Source: a bacterium (lineage in GTDB: Bacteria > Fidelibacterota > Fidelibacteria > Fidelibacterales > Fidelibacteraceae). Taken from it: a DNA stretch of 64,000 nucleotides. A program made the translations under genes and the position numbers. The DNA lies in assembly GCA_963676395.1 (NCBI GenBank), contig OY781066.1, forward strand, positions 160,001 through 224,000, given 5' to 3'. Shown one piece after another: positions 10,560 through 21,039 of this stretch. Numbering within the stretch: the first letter of the stretch is position 1; every line of letters begins with the position of its first letter. Under the pieces are notes generated by a model that did no database searches, had not been told where the DNA came from, and saw only the letters and a list, made by a program, of their open reading frames with translations.

Positions 10560-10768
10560 ACGCGCCTCGTTTTGATTAAATTCCAAGCCGCTAACTGCCT
10601 TTTCGGGGCTGTTATTCAGCTCAAATACAACTATTTAATTTTGACAAGGTGAAGTTAGTATTTACGTGTAAATATTCAAACACATTTTTCAAAAAAACAT
10701 ACAAATTTAAACAACATTTCAGCTTATTATTCTTTACAATGGGGGAAAGGTTTTTTATTATAGTGCTT

Positions 10769-12622
10769 ATGCAAAAAAACATACAAAAACGAATTTTAGA
10801 AACCATTGCATCACCTTCTGATATTAAGTCCCTAAACATGAGTGAACTTAAACAGTTGGCCAATGAGTTAAGACAATATATTATTGATGTTGTCTCTGAA
10901 ACCGGTGGACACTTAGCTCCCTCCTTAGGAACAGTTGAACTGACCATTGCACTGCTTCATATCTACGACCTGCCTCAGGATAAGATCATTTGGGATGTGG
11001 GACATCAAGCCTATCCTTTTAAGGTTCTTACCGGACGTCGCGAAGAACTAAAGAATATTCGCTGCTATAAAGGTATCAGCGGTTTTCCGAAGCGAAGCGA
11101 AAGTCAGTATGATGTCGTGGGAGTCGGTCATGCTTCTACCTCAATCTCCGCAGCTTTGGGTGTTTCCGTCGCTGAGTCACTGAGAAAATTGAACAGCAGA
11201 ATCGTAACTATTATTGGGGACGGTGCTTTAACAGGCGGACTTGCCTGGGAAGGCATGAATAATGTCGGAACATTGAAAAAACCCATGCTCATTATTCTCA
11301 ATGATAATGAAATGTCTATTTCAAAGAATGTCGGTGCGATCCCAAATTATCTCAACCGTATTGTTACCACACCTTTTTACAATAAAATGAAAGATGACAT
11401 TTGGGGATTTACCGAAAATCATGAACTTCTACGTAAAGGTTTTAGAACCTTAAAAGAATCTTTGAAAGCTCTCTTCCAGAAAAATGTCATGTTCGATGAA
11501 TTGGGTATTCGCTATATTGGTCCCGTCAACGGGCACTGTATTGAAGATTTGATCCATCAATTGCGACGTGTAAAAAACAGAAAAGAACCCATTCTTTTAC
11601 ATGTTATCACTAAAAAAGGCAAGGGACTTAAAGTAGCCGAAGATAATCCAACCAAATATCACGGTATTTCCGGAAACGGCAATTCAAAAAAATGCAGTAG
11701 CAAAATGGTCTCTTATACCCATGCTTTTGGTAAATGTATTGTAGAGCTGGCTGAGAAACATGAAGATGTAGTTGCTATTACCGCTGCAATGACAGACGGT
11801 ACGGGATTAACCGAATTTTCAGAAAAATTTAAAGATAGATTCTTTGATGTCGGCATTGCCGAAGGTCATGCCGTTACCTTTGCTTCCGGATTGACTATTG
11901 GTGGGCAACGACCGATCGTGGCTATATATTCGTCCTTTATGCAACGTGCCGTTGATTCGGTAATGCATGATGTTGTTCTTCAAGGCCTTCCCGTGATCTT
12001 TTGCATGGACAGAGCGGGACTGGTTGGTAAAGACGGTGCAACTCACCACGGCGTTTTTGATCTTGCCTTTACCAGTATGCTACCCAACGTGATCGTTTGC
12101 GCACCCAAAGATGGTAATGAACTCCGTGATATGATGAATATGGCCTATGAGGTTAAAGATAAAGCCATTTTTATCCGTTACCCTCGCGCCAATACCTGTC
12201 ACTTTGATATGGATCGTAAGATTACAAAGATCAAACCCGGTTCATGGGAAAAACTTCAAGATGGTAAAGAGCTTGCCATTCTTGCATACGGTGCGATGGT
12301 AGAACCGGCAGAACAGATCTGTGATCTACTCAAAGCAAAAGGTCTCTCCCCGGCTTTGATCAATGCCCGCTTTATCAAACCTTACGACAAAAATATGTTG
12401 AATCAACTTGGCAAAGATTATGCTCGTATAGTTACGATAGAAGAAGCATGCCCAAAAGGTGGATTAAAAGATACGGTCTTGGAACATTTTCAAAATAGCG
12501 AATCCTCACCTGCAATACAATCTTTCACATTACCGGATGCATTTGTTACACACGGTGAACGTGAAGAACTATTTAAAGACATTCACATGACCGTGGAAGA
12601 AATCGCGGAAAAAATCAAATAA
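10769..12622 (+). CDS. dxs: 1-deoxy-D-xylulose-5-phosphate synthase
   Basis: GGHLAPSLG, WDVGHQAY, GDGALTGG and DRAGLVGKDGATHHG motifs. Start trimmed to ATG 10769. Confidence 0.96.
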   Translation: MQKNIQKRILETIASPSDIKSLNMSELKQLANELRQYIIDVVSETGGHLAPSLGTVELTIALLHIYDLPQDKIIWDVGHQAYPFKVLTGRREELKNIRCYKGISGFPKRSESQYDVVGVGHASTSISAALGVSVAESLRKLNSRIVTIIGDGALTGGLAWEGMNNVGTLKKPMLIILNDNEMSISKNVGAIPNYLNRIVTTPFYNKMKDDIWGFTENHELLRKGFRTLKESLKALFQKNVMFDELGIRYIGPVNGHCIEDLIHQLRRVKNRKEPILLHVITKKGKGLKVAEDNPTKYHGISGNGNSKKCSSKMVSYTHAFGKCIVELAEKHEDVVAITAAMTDGTGLTEFSEKFKDRFFDVGIAEGHAVTFASGLTIGGQRPIVAIYSSFMQRAVDSVMHDVVLQGLPVIFCMDRAGLVGKDGATHHGVFDLAFTSMLPNVIVCAPKDGNELRDMMNMAYEVKDKAIFIRYPRANTCHFDMDRKITKIKPGSWEKLQDGKELAILAYGAMVEPAEQICDLLKAKGLSPALINARFIKPYDKNMLNQLGKDYARIVTIEEACPKGGLKDTVLEHFQNSESSPAIQSFTLPDAFVTHGEREELFKDIHMTVEEIAEKIK

Positions 12623-12630
12623 ATGCTTAT

Positions 12631-13122
12631 ATGAAACAGTATATCCTAAATTGCTTTCTTCTCTTGCTCCCGATTTTTGCGTGGAATATGGTCTTTGCAA
12701 ATAAACTTCCACAAAAATATACCGATAAGGGAAAATGGAATGATATCCCTAAAGCATTGGCAGCAATAGAAAACACGTTCAGAACCATCGTTTTTCTCTC
12801 ACCTGTTTTGATGATACTTAACATAAATAATGACAGAACTACTATTGGACTTATCATTTACATTATTGGACTTATTATCTACTTTTTAGCATGGTTACTC
12901 CAAATGTACAGACCCGATTCCCCATGGAGCAAAAGCCTTCTTGGTATGATGGCTCCGGCTTTTACACCTATTATTTGGCTTAATGGCATTGCTTTGATAG
13001 GGCAAGAGAACTTTCTTAAAATACCCGGTTTTTCACTCTTTTATATTATTATCTCTCTTATCTTTATTAGTGTGCACTCTTTACATGCTTATATTGTATT
13101 CAAACAAAACATTGAGGTCTAA
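12631..13122 (+). CDS. Hypothetical membrane protein
   Basis: 163 aa with about 5 hydrophobic segments; packed into the run after dxs. Confidence 0.7.
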   Translation: MKQYILNCFLLLLPIFAWNMVFANKLPQKYTDKGKWNDIPKALAAIENTFRTIVFLSPVLMILNINNDRTTIGLIIYIIGLIIYFLAWLLQMYRPDSPWSKSLLGMMAPAFTPIIWLNGIALIGQENFLKIPGFSLFYIIISLIFISVHSLHAYIVFKQNIEV

Positions 13123-13593
13123 ATGAAATTTGTTTGCCCTTTGATCGTTGTAGATAATATTGAGCGTTCACGGCATTTATATGAAAAAATACTGAAACTG
13201 AAAGTAATTGCCGATTTTGGTGAAAACCTGACTTTCGAAGGTCCCTTTTCTATTCATTTAAAATCACATTTTTCTACTCTGATCAATAACAAAGAAATAT
13301 TAAAAGCTTCCAATTCATCTGAACTGTATTTTGAAGAAAATGATCTTGAAGCTATTGAAGAAAAACTCAAGCAGGAAGAACTGGAATTCATTCATGAGAT
13401 CATGGAACAACCCTGGCGACAAAAGGTCATGCGGGTTTATGATTATGATAAAAACATTTTAGAGATCGGTGAAAGCATGGAACATACTGCATGGCGTTTA
13501 TTCCGAGAAGGTTTAAGTATAGATGATATTTGTAAGATCACCTATTTATCCGAAGATCTTATTCAAAAAAGTATAAGGAAATTCGAAAACTAA
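13123..13593 (+). CDS. Glyoxalase/VOC family protein
   Basis: LIVVDNIERSRHLYE and EQPWRQKVMRVYDYDKNILEIGE motifs. Confidence 0.85.
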   Translation: MKFVCPLIVVDNIERSRHLYEKILKLKVIADFGENLTFEGPFSIHLKSHFSTLINNKEILKASNSSELYFEENDLEAIEEKLKQEELEFIHEIMEQPWRQKVMRVYDYDKNILEIGESMEHTAWRLFREGLSIDDICKITYLSEDLIQKSIRKFEN

Positions 13594-14195
13594 TGGCTAA
13601 ACCTCGCGCACTATTTATGCATATTCCCAAGACCGGTGGAATTTCATTATATCGGGCGATTAAGCACCCGAATGTAAAAATCAAAGGGCACTTTATACAG
13701 AATCCTTTTTATCTTTTTCTACGTGATTATCTTAAATCGCATCCTATGTATAATACAAAGATCTTTACTTTTGTTCGCAATCCTTGGGATCGGCTAGTAT
13801 CCGCTTTTTTTTACCTCAACAAAGGAGGGAGAAATATATGTGATAAACTGGACAACAAACACTTTCTTGCAAAGTACGAGGGTAATTTTGAGCATTTTGT
13901 TAAAGAGGGTGTTTCTCAGGGAAAGATACTCAAACAATTGCATATGATCCCGCAGCATCAATGGATCTGTGATTACGATGATAGTGTTCTCGCCGACTAT
14001 GTGGGACATTTTGAAGCCTTGGGAACCGAACTCGGTTACGCTTCCGAATATTTGGGTATACCATTCAAAACACTTGAACATAAGAACAAGTCTTCTCATA
14101 AGCCGTATTATGAATATTATGATCAAGAAATGATCGATATTGTCGCAAAGGCATATGAAAAGGACATCAAAATTTTCAACTATGGGTTTAGATAA
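13593..14195 (+). CDS. Sulfotransferase family 2 protein
   Basis: 5'-PAPS motif HIPKTGG and 3'-PB motif FVRNPWDRLVSAF. Confidence 0.85.
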   Translation: MAKPRALFMHIPKTGGISLYRAIKHPNVKIKGHFIQNPFYLFLRDYLKSHPMYNTKIFTFVRNPWDRLVSAFFYLNKGGRNICDKLDNKHFLAKYEGNFEHFVKEGVSQGKILKQLHMIPQHQWICDYDDSVLADYVGHFEALGTELGYASEYLGIPFKTLEHKNKSSHKPYYEYYDQEMIDIVAKAYEKDIKIFNYGFR

Positions 14196-14196
14196 T

Positions 14197-15066
14197 ATGA
14201 AAATCATCATTTATTACTTTTCAGGCACCGGAAATACCAAAACGGTGGTAAATCTTTTAAAAAGTCACTTGGATACGGATCATGACTGCCAATTATTTAA
14301 CATTGAAGATATCAACAAAAATAAAGTTGATTTCCCCGAGCAGAATAATGCCATGATCGGTCTTGCCTACCCGATTTATGGCGGAGATACCCCTCATAAT
14401 ATCTATGAGTTTGTTGATAGACTCCCGGCAGGAGATGCTATTGATCTATTTATCTTAAACACAGCTGCGGATTATTCCGGGAGCAATAACAATGCATCAA
14501 AACGGATCATAAAACGTTTAGAAGCAAAATATTATCACGTTTTTTATGAACGTACCATTGCAATGGGGTCTAATTATTTTCTCGAATATCCCGATACTTT
14601 GGTCAAGCAGCTATATGAAACTGCAAAGCTCAAAACCAAACATATGAGTGAAGAGATTATCAATGGTGTTCAGCGTATTCGTCGAACAAACCCTTTCTTG
14701 AAAGCTTTTGCCTATCTTGGTTATAAAGGTGAAACCTTTGCAGCCAAGCGTTTTGGCAAGAAATTGAAAGTCAGCGATGATTGCATACTTTGTGGTAAAT
14801 GCGCAAGAAATTGCCCGGTTAACAATATCATCCTAGAGAATGATAAACTTAGTTTCTCAGATAAATGCATTTGGTGTATGCGCTGTATATACGAATGTCC
14901 TCAAAATGCTATTAAACCGGGAATATTAAAATCTGTCGTTCTCAAAGGTGGCTACAATATCAAAAAGATTATTAAAGATGACTCTATAAGCGGTGACTTT
15001 GTAAATGAAAAGACACGAGGTTTTTATAAGCACTTTTTAAAATATGTGAATGACCCAAAAATATAG
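14197..15066 (+). CDS. EFR1-family flavodoxin-ferredoxin fusion
   Basis: N-terminal YFSGTGNT flavodoxin motif and two CxxCxxCxxxCP motifs; ATG at 14197. Confidence 0.88.
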   Translation: MKIIIYYFSGTGNTKTVVNLLKSHLDTDHDCQLFNIEDINKNKVDFPEQNNAMIGLAYPIYGGDTPHNIYEFVDRLPAGDAIDLFILNTAADYSGSNNNASKRIIKRLEAKYYHVFYERTIAMGSNYFLEYPDTLVKQLYETAKLKTKHMSEEIINGVQRIRRTNPFLKAFAYLGYKGETFAAKRFGKKLKVSDDCILCGKCARNCPVNNIILENDKLSFSDKCIWCMRCIYECPQNAIKPGILKSVVLKGGYNIKKIIKDDSISGDFVNEKTRGFYKHFLKYVNDPKI

Positions 15067-15200
15067 AGCTCCTAACAAATTTTTCGTTTTTTTTAACAAA
15101 TAATCCCGACAATCTTCTCAAGTCTCACAACTCACGACTTATGATTTTCATAGCATAAACATCAATTTTTATTATATTTAGCATTGAAAAATGGTGAACA

Positions 15201-16826
15201 ATGATAAAACTTATCTTTTCATACTTTCCCATCATTCTACTCATCTTCCTGATGGTGAAAAAGAACAACATGCCTTCAGCCAAAGCCTTGCCCTTAACAG
15301 CGCTGGTTACGTACTTGCTGATGTTTTTCATTTTCGAACAGGATCCTAATTTGATCCATGCTACCGCTTTAAAAGGTTTATTGGTTGCATGGACTCCCAT
15401 CCTAATCATAGCGGGTGCCATTTTCCTGTTTAGAACTATGGAAGCAACAGGAAGTTTAAATAATATTAAAGACTGGCTAAACTCGGTTTCAACCAACAGA
15501 ATCGCCCAATTAATGATTGTTGGGTGGGCTTTTCCTTTTCTTATAGAAGGGGCCAGTGGTTTTGGAACCCCTGCTGCCATTGCCGCACCGGTACTTATCG
15601 GATTGGGTTTTCCACCATTGAGAGTAGCTATTTTTGCTTTAATCACCAATTCCGTCCCCGTTTCCTTTGGTGCCGTTGGTACTCCTACCTGGTTTGGATT
15701 CTCTGCTATTTCATTAACAGAAGCAGAAACCATGGCCATTGGTTTTAAATCGGCTCTATTGAATTCATCCGCAGCCTTCTTTATCGTTCCCATTGCACTA
15801 ATGTTCGTGGTAAAGCCGATAAAGATCCTTAAAAATTGGTTATTCATTCTATTAAGCATTCTTGCAACACTTATCCCCTATTTGATCTTATCAAAGTTCT
15901 CCTATGAATTCCCTTCTCTGGTGGGTGGCGCAGTTGGTTTGATCGTTTCCGTATTTCTTGCTCAAAAGGGGATCGGACTTTCAAACGATGAAGTCGAATT
16001 GCAAAACACCGATAAAGATCCGCATTTTTCGAGCATCACATATAGAAATACCCATACGCTTCATCCCAGAGGATCTAATCTTCTTTTGGCAACGTTTCCA
16101 CTCTGGGGCACGATTTTATTGTTGGTGCTAACTCGTATACCACAATTCGGACTTAAAGGCTTACTGACGCTTACAGACCCTGCTCTGCACCTGAAATTGG
16201 GCTCACTGGGCACCTTTAATCTATCTCCCGCGTTGGTTTTGGGTTTGGATAATATTTTTGAGACAAATGTCAGCTGGTCACATGCACTGTTGTATGTCCC
16301 TTCCCTCCTGCCATTCTTGCTGATCTCGGTAATCACTCTGCTCCTTTATGGGGATATGAAAAAAGCCAAAACCGTTTTCAAGATAACGGCAACGCAAATG
16401 CAAGGACCTGTTTTTGCCCTAAGCGGAGCATTGGTCTTTGTTAATCTGATGATGATGGGTGGTGATCACTCTGCCGTTAAACTCATCGGAGACCACCTGG
16501 CACATCTAACGGGAAGCATGTGGACCTATACTGCGCAATTCCTGGGTGCCATCGGGACCTTTTTCTCAGGCTCCAATACCATTTCCAACCTGACCTTTGG
16601 CGGTATTCAAGACGCTATTGCCCGCGATCTGGGGCTTAATCGTACAACCATACTCGCTATGCAGTCCGTTGGTGGCGCCATGGGCAACATGATCTGCATT
16701 AACAACATTGTTGCCGTTGCCTCAGTGCTTGGATTGGTAAAAGTAGAAGGTTATATCCTAAAGCGCACGGTTCGTGCCATGCTTGTGTACGGGATTGTCG
16801 TAGGGTTAGTGGCAATATTGCTTTAA
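15201..16826 (+). CDS. lctP: L-lactate permease
   Basis: EGASGFGTP, PVSFGAVGTP and GSNTISN motifs; polytopic membrane protein. Confidence 0.9.
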   Translation: MIKLIFSYFPIILLIFLMVKKNNMPSAKALPLTALVTYLLMFFIFEQDPNLIHATALKGLLVAWTPILIIAGAIFLFRTMEATGSLNNIKDWLNSVSTNRIAQLMIVGWAFPFLIEGASGFGTPAAIAAPVLIGLGFPPLRVAIFALITNSVPVSFGAVGTPTWFGFSAISLTEAETMAIGFKSALLNSSAAFFIVPIALMFVVKPIKILKNWLFILLSILATLIPYLILSKFSYEFPSLVGGAVGLIVSVFLAQKGIGLSNDEVELQNTDKDPHFSSITYRNTHTLHPRGSNLLLATFPLWGTILLLVLTRIPQFGLKGLLTLTDPALHLKLGSLGTFNLSPALVLGLDNIFETNVSWSHALLYVPSLLPFLLISVITLLLYGDMKKAKTVFKITATQMQGPVFALSGALVFVNLMMMGGDHSAVKLIGDHLAHLTGSMWTYTAQFLGAIGTFFSGSNTISNLTFGGIQDAIARDLGLNRTTILAMQSVGGAMGNMICINNIVAVASVLGLVKVEGYILKRTVRAMLVYGIVVGLVAILL

Positions 16827-17128
16827 GTTAATCATATAAAAAATGTATTCCCGGCAAACTGCACTTTTTCTTAATATTTACCAGATTTAACAATTTCAAT
16901 TTATTAAACATATTGGTTATTTTCCCTGTATAGTAATATTATAGGGAATTATTCTTATAATACATAAAATGGGCTAATGAAAAAAGTAATCACCCTTATA
17001 ACTCATTCATGAACTCATAAATCTCAATTGCTTTAGACTAGAGCGCACTAACATCCATCAAGTTAATCTTGCCTGACTACCAGAATATTAATCCAGGTGA
17101 GTAATCCGGCTTAATACGGCAGATCAAA

Positions 17129-17971
17129 TTACAACTCTTTGCGCTCTCTATCAAATTCCGGCTCGCACTTTTCCAACTCATCTGCCATTTTATCATGAAT
17201 CATATTGGAGAATTCACGGCGTTGCTCAATATCACTATCATCGTAATCCGGGATCTGCGCTTCCAAGATATGCATATCAAGAACAACTTTGCCAAAGGTC
17301 ATGAAATGGGTAAAGTGCTTAAAGAACGGTGTTGATTCACCATTATCTTTTAATGCCCAGGCGATCTGAGTGCGTTGTTCTTTTTTAATTGGTTTTCCGT
17401 TAATATTATTAAGCGTAAAAACAATTGGTACAACAGGACGTTTTGTTCTATTTGCAGCTACAAATAAGGCCGAGGAAAAAGGTCGCAACCATGTCCCGTC
17501 TGTCGTGGTTTTTTCCGGTGAAAACCATACATTAATATGATTATTCAGTACTTTTTCAGTCGAATTAATATAAGTCTCCGACATACCGCCTTTTTCACGA
17601 TTAACAAAAACGGTGCCACAAGCCTTTGCTACAGCACCTAAAAATGGCCACTTTCCGATTTCTTCTTTAGCAACAAATGCAACCGGCTTTGCCTTTAACA
17701 AAGCAGCTAATTCCACGTAACCAAAATGATTGCTAACCATTAAAGAACCTGAATCCTTTGGCAGGTTTTCTTTTCCCTTAATGTTTACTCTGATCCCCAG
17801 TACAAATCTTAATAACCAACCAATTACCATGGTCATTTTATAATTAATTCTTATTGAGAAATTTTTCCCAAATAAACTAAGTACATAATATGAGATGTAA
17901 ACTAAAACCAACATTACAAGTGTAAATACAAAAAATAATGCGATACGAATTCCAGCTAGTATATATTTCAT
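17129..17971 (-). CDS. 1-acyl-sn-glycerol-3-phosphate acyltransferase family (PlsC-like)
   Basis: NHFGYVE (HxxxxD/E), FVAKEEI, FVNRE and SPEKTT blocks. Confidence 0.8.
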   Translation of the reverse strand: MKYILAGIRIALFFVFTLVMLVLVYISYYVLSLFGKNFSIRINYKMTMVIGWLLRFVLGIRVNIKGKENLPKDSGSLMVSNHFGYVELAALLKAKPVAFVAKEEIGKWPFLGAVAKACGTVFVNREKGGMSETYINSTEKVLNNHINVWFSPEKTTTDGTWLRPFSSALFVAANRTKRPVVPIVFTLNNINGKPIKKEQRTQIAWALKDNGESTPFFKHFTHFMTFGKVVLDMHILEAQIPDYDDSDIEQRREFSNMIHDKMADELEKCEPEFDRERKEL

Positions 17972-19218
17972 TCGGATTCCGGTAAGGTTAATTGTCCCAT
18001 AAATACAATGGCTTTTGATTCATTATGCCTGATCATAAAAGTAAAAGGATGATCCGCTCTGAATTCAATAGGTGCTTTTTGTACCGGCGCCATAGCGGTC
18101 GATTTCATTACAATCGCCGTAGCTGCAGCTGCTTCGGTTTTCTTTTCATCCACTTCAATAAAGGCCTTATGAATGGCATTAGATATAAACAGATCTTTAC
18201 CGCCGGTTATACCCGAGAAATCAGCATGGTCTGTAAATGCTTGCTTTATCCCCATCTCTTTAAGCATAGGAACTAATTCATAGTCGGTTTCCAACTTGAA
18301 TTTCGGCATATAAAGAAGAATATCTTCTCTTTTTTTCTTCTTATCGTGGTTTTCAAGTATACCGGAATCAATATTTTCAACCAGTTGTTTTAAGCCGGTA
18401 ATAGTTCTTGGCAAAACAATTAGCATAGAATAATCATAACCCTTATACGGTAATTCTATGATCTCGTTTGACATGGAATTGGAATATAAAAAATGATGCC
18501 GTTGATACATCATTTCACACGAAGTTTGTGAACCATCCAATAAATAAAACACATCTTTTTGGGTCATGTCCTCATTAAACATATCCGCCCACTCAGCATT
18601 AAAATAAACTGCATTGGTTAATACCATACGGGTGTCGGCATCCAATGTACCTTCGGGGATAAGATCTTTAATGCGATCATTTGTTTTATTTTCAACCCAG
18701 TTATTGATCACTTTTCTTGCAGCATCAGCTCCTTTGATAAAATCTAACAAACGTGATTCACTATGATAATCTTTTGTTATGGTCTCTCTATATTCTTTTA
18801 AAAGTTTAAACTTATTTTGTACCCATATAGCGTTCGCAATGTTCATTTCAAAATCTTGAGAATTATCACTTGCCAGACTATCTAATATTTTCCCATAAAG
18901 TGTATGAAAACAATCATTTTGCATACCATAATTCATAGTTTCCATCATCTCGGTGGCCGTTGAATGCTCTGCACCTGCATAGGTCATGGCAAAGGCTGCA
19001 GAAATACTTAATGGAGAATAAAATTCATTACTAAGATCACCATCATTCATAGTATTGAACATTTCAAAAGCAAAATCATTCAATCCTTCAATCACATCTT
19101 CAGCTTTAGAATCAAGTACACTTGTTTTTTGAGTTAAGGAACAATTGCATATATCCCTTTTTGCACAAGAAGAAAGTGCTATCAACACAATCCCCATGCT
19201 AATCAATATTCGTTTCAT
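17968..19218 (-). CDS. Serpin family lipoprotein
   Basis: Lipobox LSSC; SPLSISAA, LTNAVYF, hinge TEAAAAT and FRADHPF motifs. Confidence 0.93.
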   Translation of the reverse strand: MKRILISMGIVLIALSSCAKRDICNCSLTQKTSVLDSKAEDVIEGLNDFAFEMFNTMNDGDLSNEFYSPLSISAAFAMTYAGAEHSTATEMMETMNYGMQNDCFHTLYGKILDSLASDNSQDFEMNIANAIWVQNKFKLLKEYRETITKDYHSESRLLDFIKGADAARKVINNWVENKTNDRIKDLIPEGTLDADTRMVLTNAVYFNAEWADMFNEDMTQKDVFYLLDGSQTSCEMMYQRHHFLYSNSMSNEIIELPYKGYDYSMLIVLPRTITGLKQLVENIDSGILENHDKKKKREDILLYMPKFKLETDYELVPMLKEMGIKQAFTDHADFSGITGGKDLFISNAIHKAFIEVDEKKTEAAAATAIVMKSTAMAPVQKAPIEFRADHPFTFMIRHNESKAIVFMGQLTLPESE

Positions 19219-19227
19219 TTTCTCCCC

Positions 19228-20817
19228 TTAAATTATAGTATCTTTAAGATATTTATTATCCTTCTCGGGATAATCACTCATATAGTGTAATCCCCTACTT
19301 TCATTTCGTCTTAATGCTGAACGTACAATTAAATAGGCAACGGCGGAGAGATTTCGAAGTTCCAAAAGGTCAAGCGATACTTTAGTTCGCTTATAATATT
19401 CTTCAATCTCTTCATATAGAGTGGTCATACGGGTAATGGCACGATTCAACTGAACCTTTGAACGTACGATACCGACATAATCCCACATAATGGTCTGCAA
19501 TTCCATACGGTTATTCCGAATCAAACTCCATTCCTGCTCATTGGTTACATCCGTGTCATCCCATTCGGGAATAAATACATTATTATATTTATTTTGTCTC
19601 TTTTCAATTACTCTTTTCGCTGCACGATGTGCGAATACTAAACCCTCAAGTAAAGAATTCGATGCAAGGCGATTGGCTCCATGCACACCCGTATGAGCGG
19701 TTTCACCCGCAGCAAATAAGTTATGCATAGATGTTTGACCATTCAAGTTAGTCATAACGCCACCACAAACATAATGAGCAGCCGGCACAACCGGAATCCA
19801 TTCTTTAGATATATCAATCTTAAGATTATCTTTACAGTATTTTGCGATATTCGGAAAATGTGCAAGTACCCTATTTTCAGGCAAATGAGTCATATCAAGA
19901 TAAGCGCAACTCTCCCCTCTTTTCTTACATTCCGCATCTATTGCACGTGCGACAATATCACGGGGTGCCAGTTCCAAACGTTGATCATAGTTCTCCATAA
20001 AGCGTTCACCGGCAGCATTACGCAGTATACCACCAAAACCTCTGCAAGCTTCAGTAATCAAGAAGGGTTCAGCACCGGGTTCATATAAAGCTGTCGGATG
20101 GAATTGAATAAATTCCATGTTAGCAATCCTGACTCCGGCGCGATAGGCCATCGCAATACCATCGCCTGTTGCGACTTGCGGATTCGTTGTATGAAGATAT
20201 ACTCTGGAGGCACCACCAGTGGCAAGGAGAGTAAAATCAGCCTTAAATATGTTTACATCACCGGATTTTTCATCCAGAACATAAGCACCAAAACAAATAT
20301 TGAATGCAGATTGTAAATTTGATAAAACATGGTGATCTGTGATCAATTCCACAGCCATATGATTTTCGTAAACTTGGATATTGGGATGTTCTTTAACTCT
20401 TTCGACCAAAGTACTTTGTATACTTTTACCCGTTTGATCTGCGACATGTAAAATACGATGATGTGAGTGACCACCCTCGCGAGCAAGATCAAAACTGCCA
20501 TCTTTCTCTTTATCGAAGTTCACACCCCAACGAACAAGATCTTCTATACGTCCAGAGGCATCCTTTACAAGCACTTCAACAGCATCATCATGGCAGATAT
20601 CCGCACCGGCAATATGTGTATCCTTTGCATGAGATTCCGGATCATCATCGGGATCGGTCACGGCGGAAATACCACCTTGAGCCAAGGTCGTATTAGTCTC
20701 GCATAATGTTGACTTAGTGATCAGCGATACTTCTCCGAATTCGGCAACATCCAAAGCGAAACTCAATCCGGCGACACCCGAACCAATGACTAGATAATCT
20801 GATTTTATTTGAGACAA
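19228..20817 (-). CDS. nadB: L-aspartate oxidase
   Basis: GSGVAG, AQGGI, EGGHSHHRILH, QFHPT and HGANRLASNSLLEG motifs; TTG start. Confidence 0.95.
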   Translation of the reverse strand: MSQIKSDYLVIGSGVAGLSFALDVAEFGEVSLITKSTLCETNTTLAQGGISAVTDPDDDPESHAKDTHIAGADICHDDAVEVLVKDASGRIEDLVRWGVNFDKEKDGSFDLAREGGHSHHRILHVADQTGKSIQSTLVERVKEHPNIQVYENHMAVELITDHHVLSNLQSAFNICFGAYVLDEKSGDVNIFKADFTLLATGGASRVYLHTTNPQVATGDGIAMAYRAGVRIANMEFIQFHPTALYEPGAEPFLITEACRGFGGILRNAAGERFMENYDQRLELAPRDIVARAIDAECKKRGESCAYLDMTHLPENRVLAHFPNIAKYCKDNLKIDISKEWIPVVPAAHYVCGGVMTNLNGQTSMHNLFAAGETAHTGVHGANRLASNSLLEGLVFAHRAAKRVIEKRQNKYNNVFIPEWDDTDVTNEQEWSLIRNNRMELQTIMWDYVGIVRSKVQLNRAITRMTTLYEEIEEYYKRTKVSLDLLELRNLSAVAYLIVRSALRRNESRGLHYMSDYPEKDNKYLKDTII

Positions 20818-20994
20818 TTTTTACTCGTTTTTCTTTTGTTTAACGATTTGAAATTTAGAGAATATTTAGGTATTAGTAAAGGAAATATATTTGTGTGCTT
20901 TCTACTTAAGACTTGAATACTTGGCTCAGCACTAAGAGTGTGGAGTAAAAGAGTATAAACATTTCAAACTCACAACCTAAACTCTTGATTCACA

Positions 20995-21036
20995 ACTTAC
21001 TACTCACCACTCACTACTTACTGCTCACTACTCACT
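20995..21036 (+). repeat. Heptamer tandem repeat, 6 copies (consensus ACTYACT)
   Basis: acttact actcacc actcact acttact gctcact actcact, immediately beyond the polA stop. Confidence 0.8.
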
Positions 21037-21039
21037 CCC

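Noticed and set aside
10575..10625. Riboswitch upstream of the hydrogenase operon
   Set aside because: A modest hairpin exists (minus strand taac-a-gcc-ccgaaaa-ggc-a-gtta) but matches no aptamer consensus I recognise.
15125..15859. 244-aa minus-strand ORF (and similar ORFs at 9527-10063 and 34552-35088)
   Set aside because: Antisense shadows of lctP, hydB and ispG.
16830..17128. Possible ncRNA or small gene in the lctP-plsC gap
   Set aside because: Only an AT-rich hairpin near 16922-16949 and an 11-codon ORF (MKKVITLITHS) were seen; not enough support.
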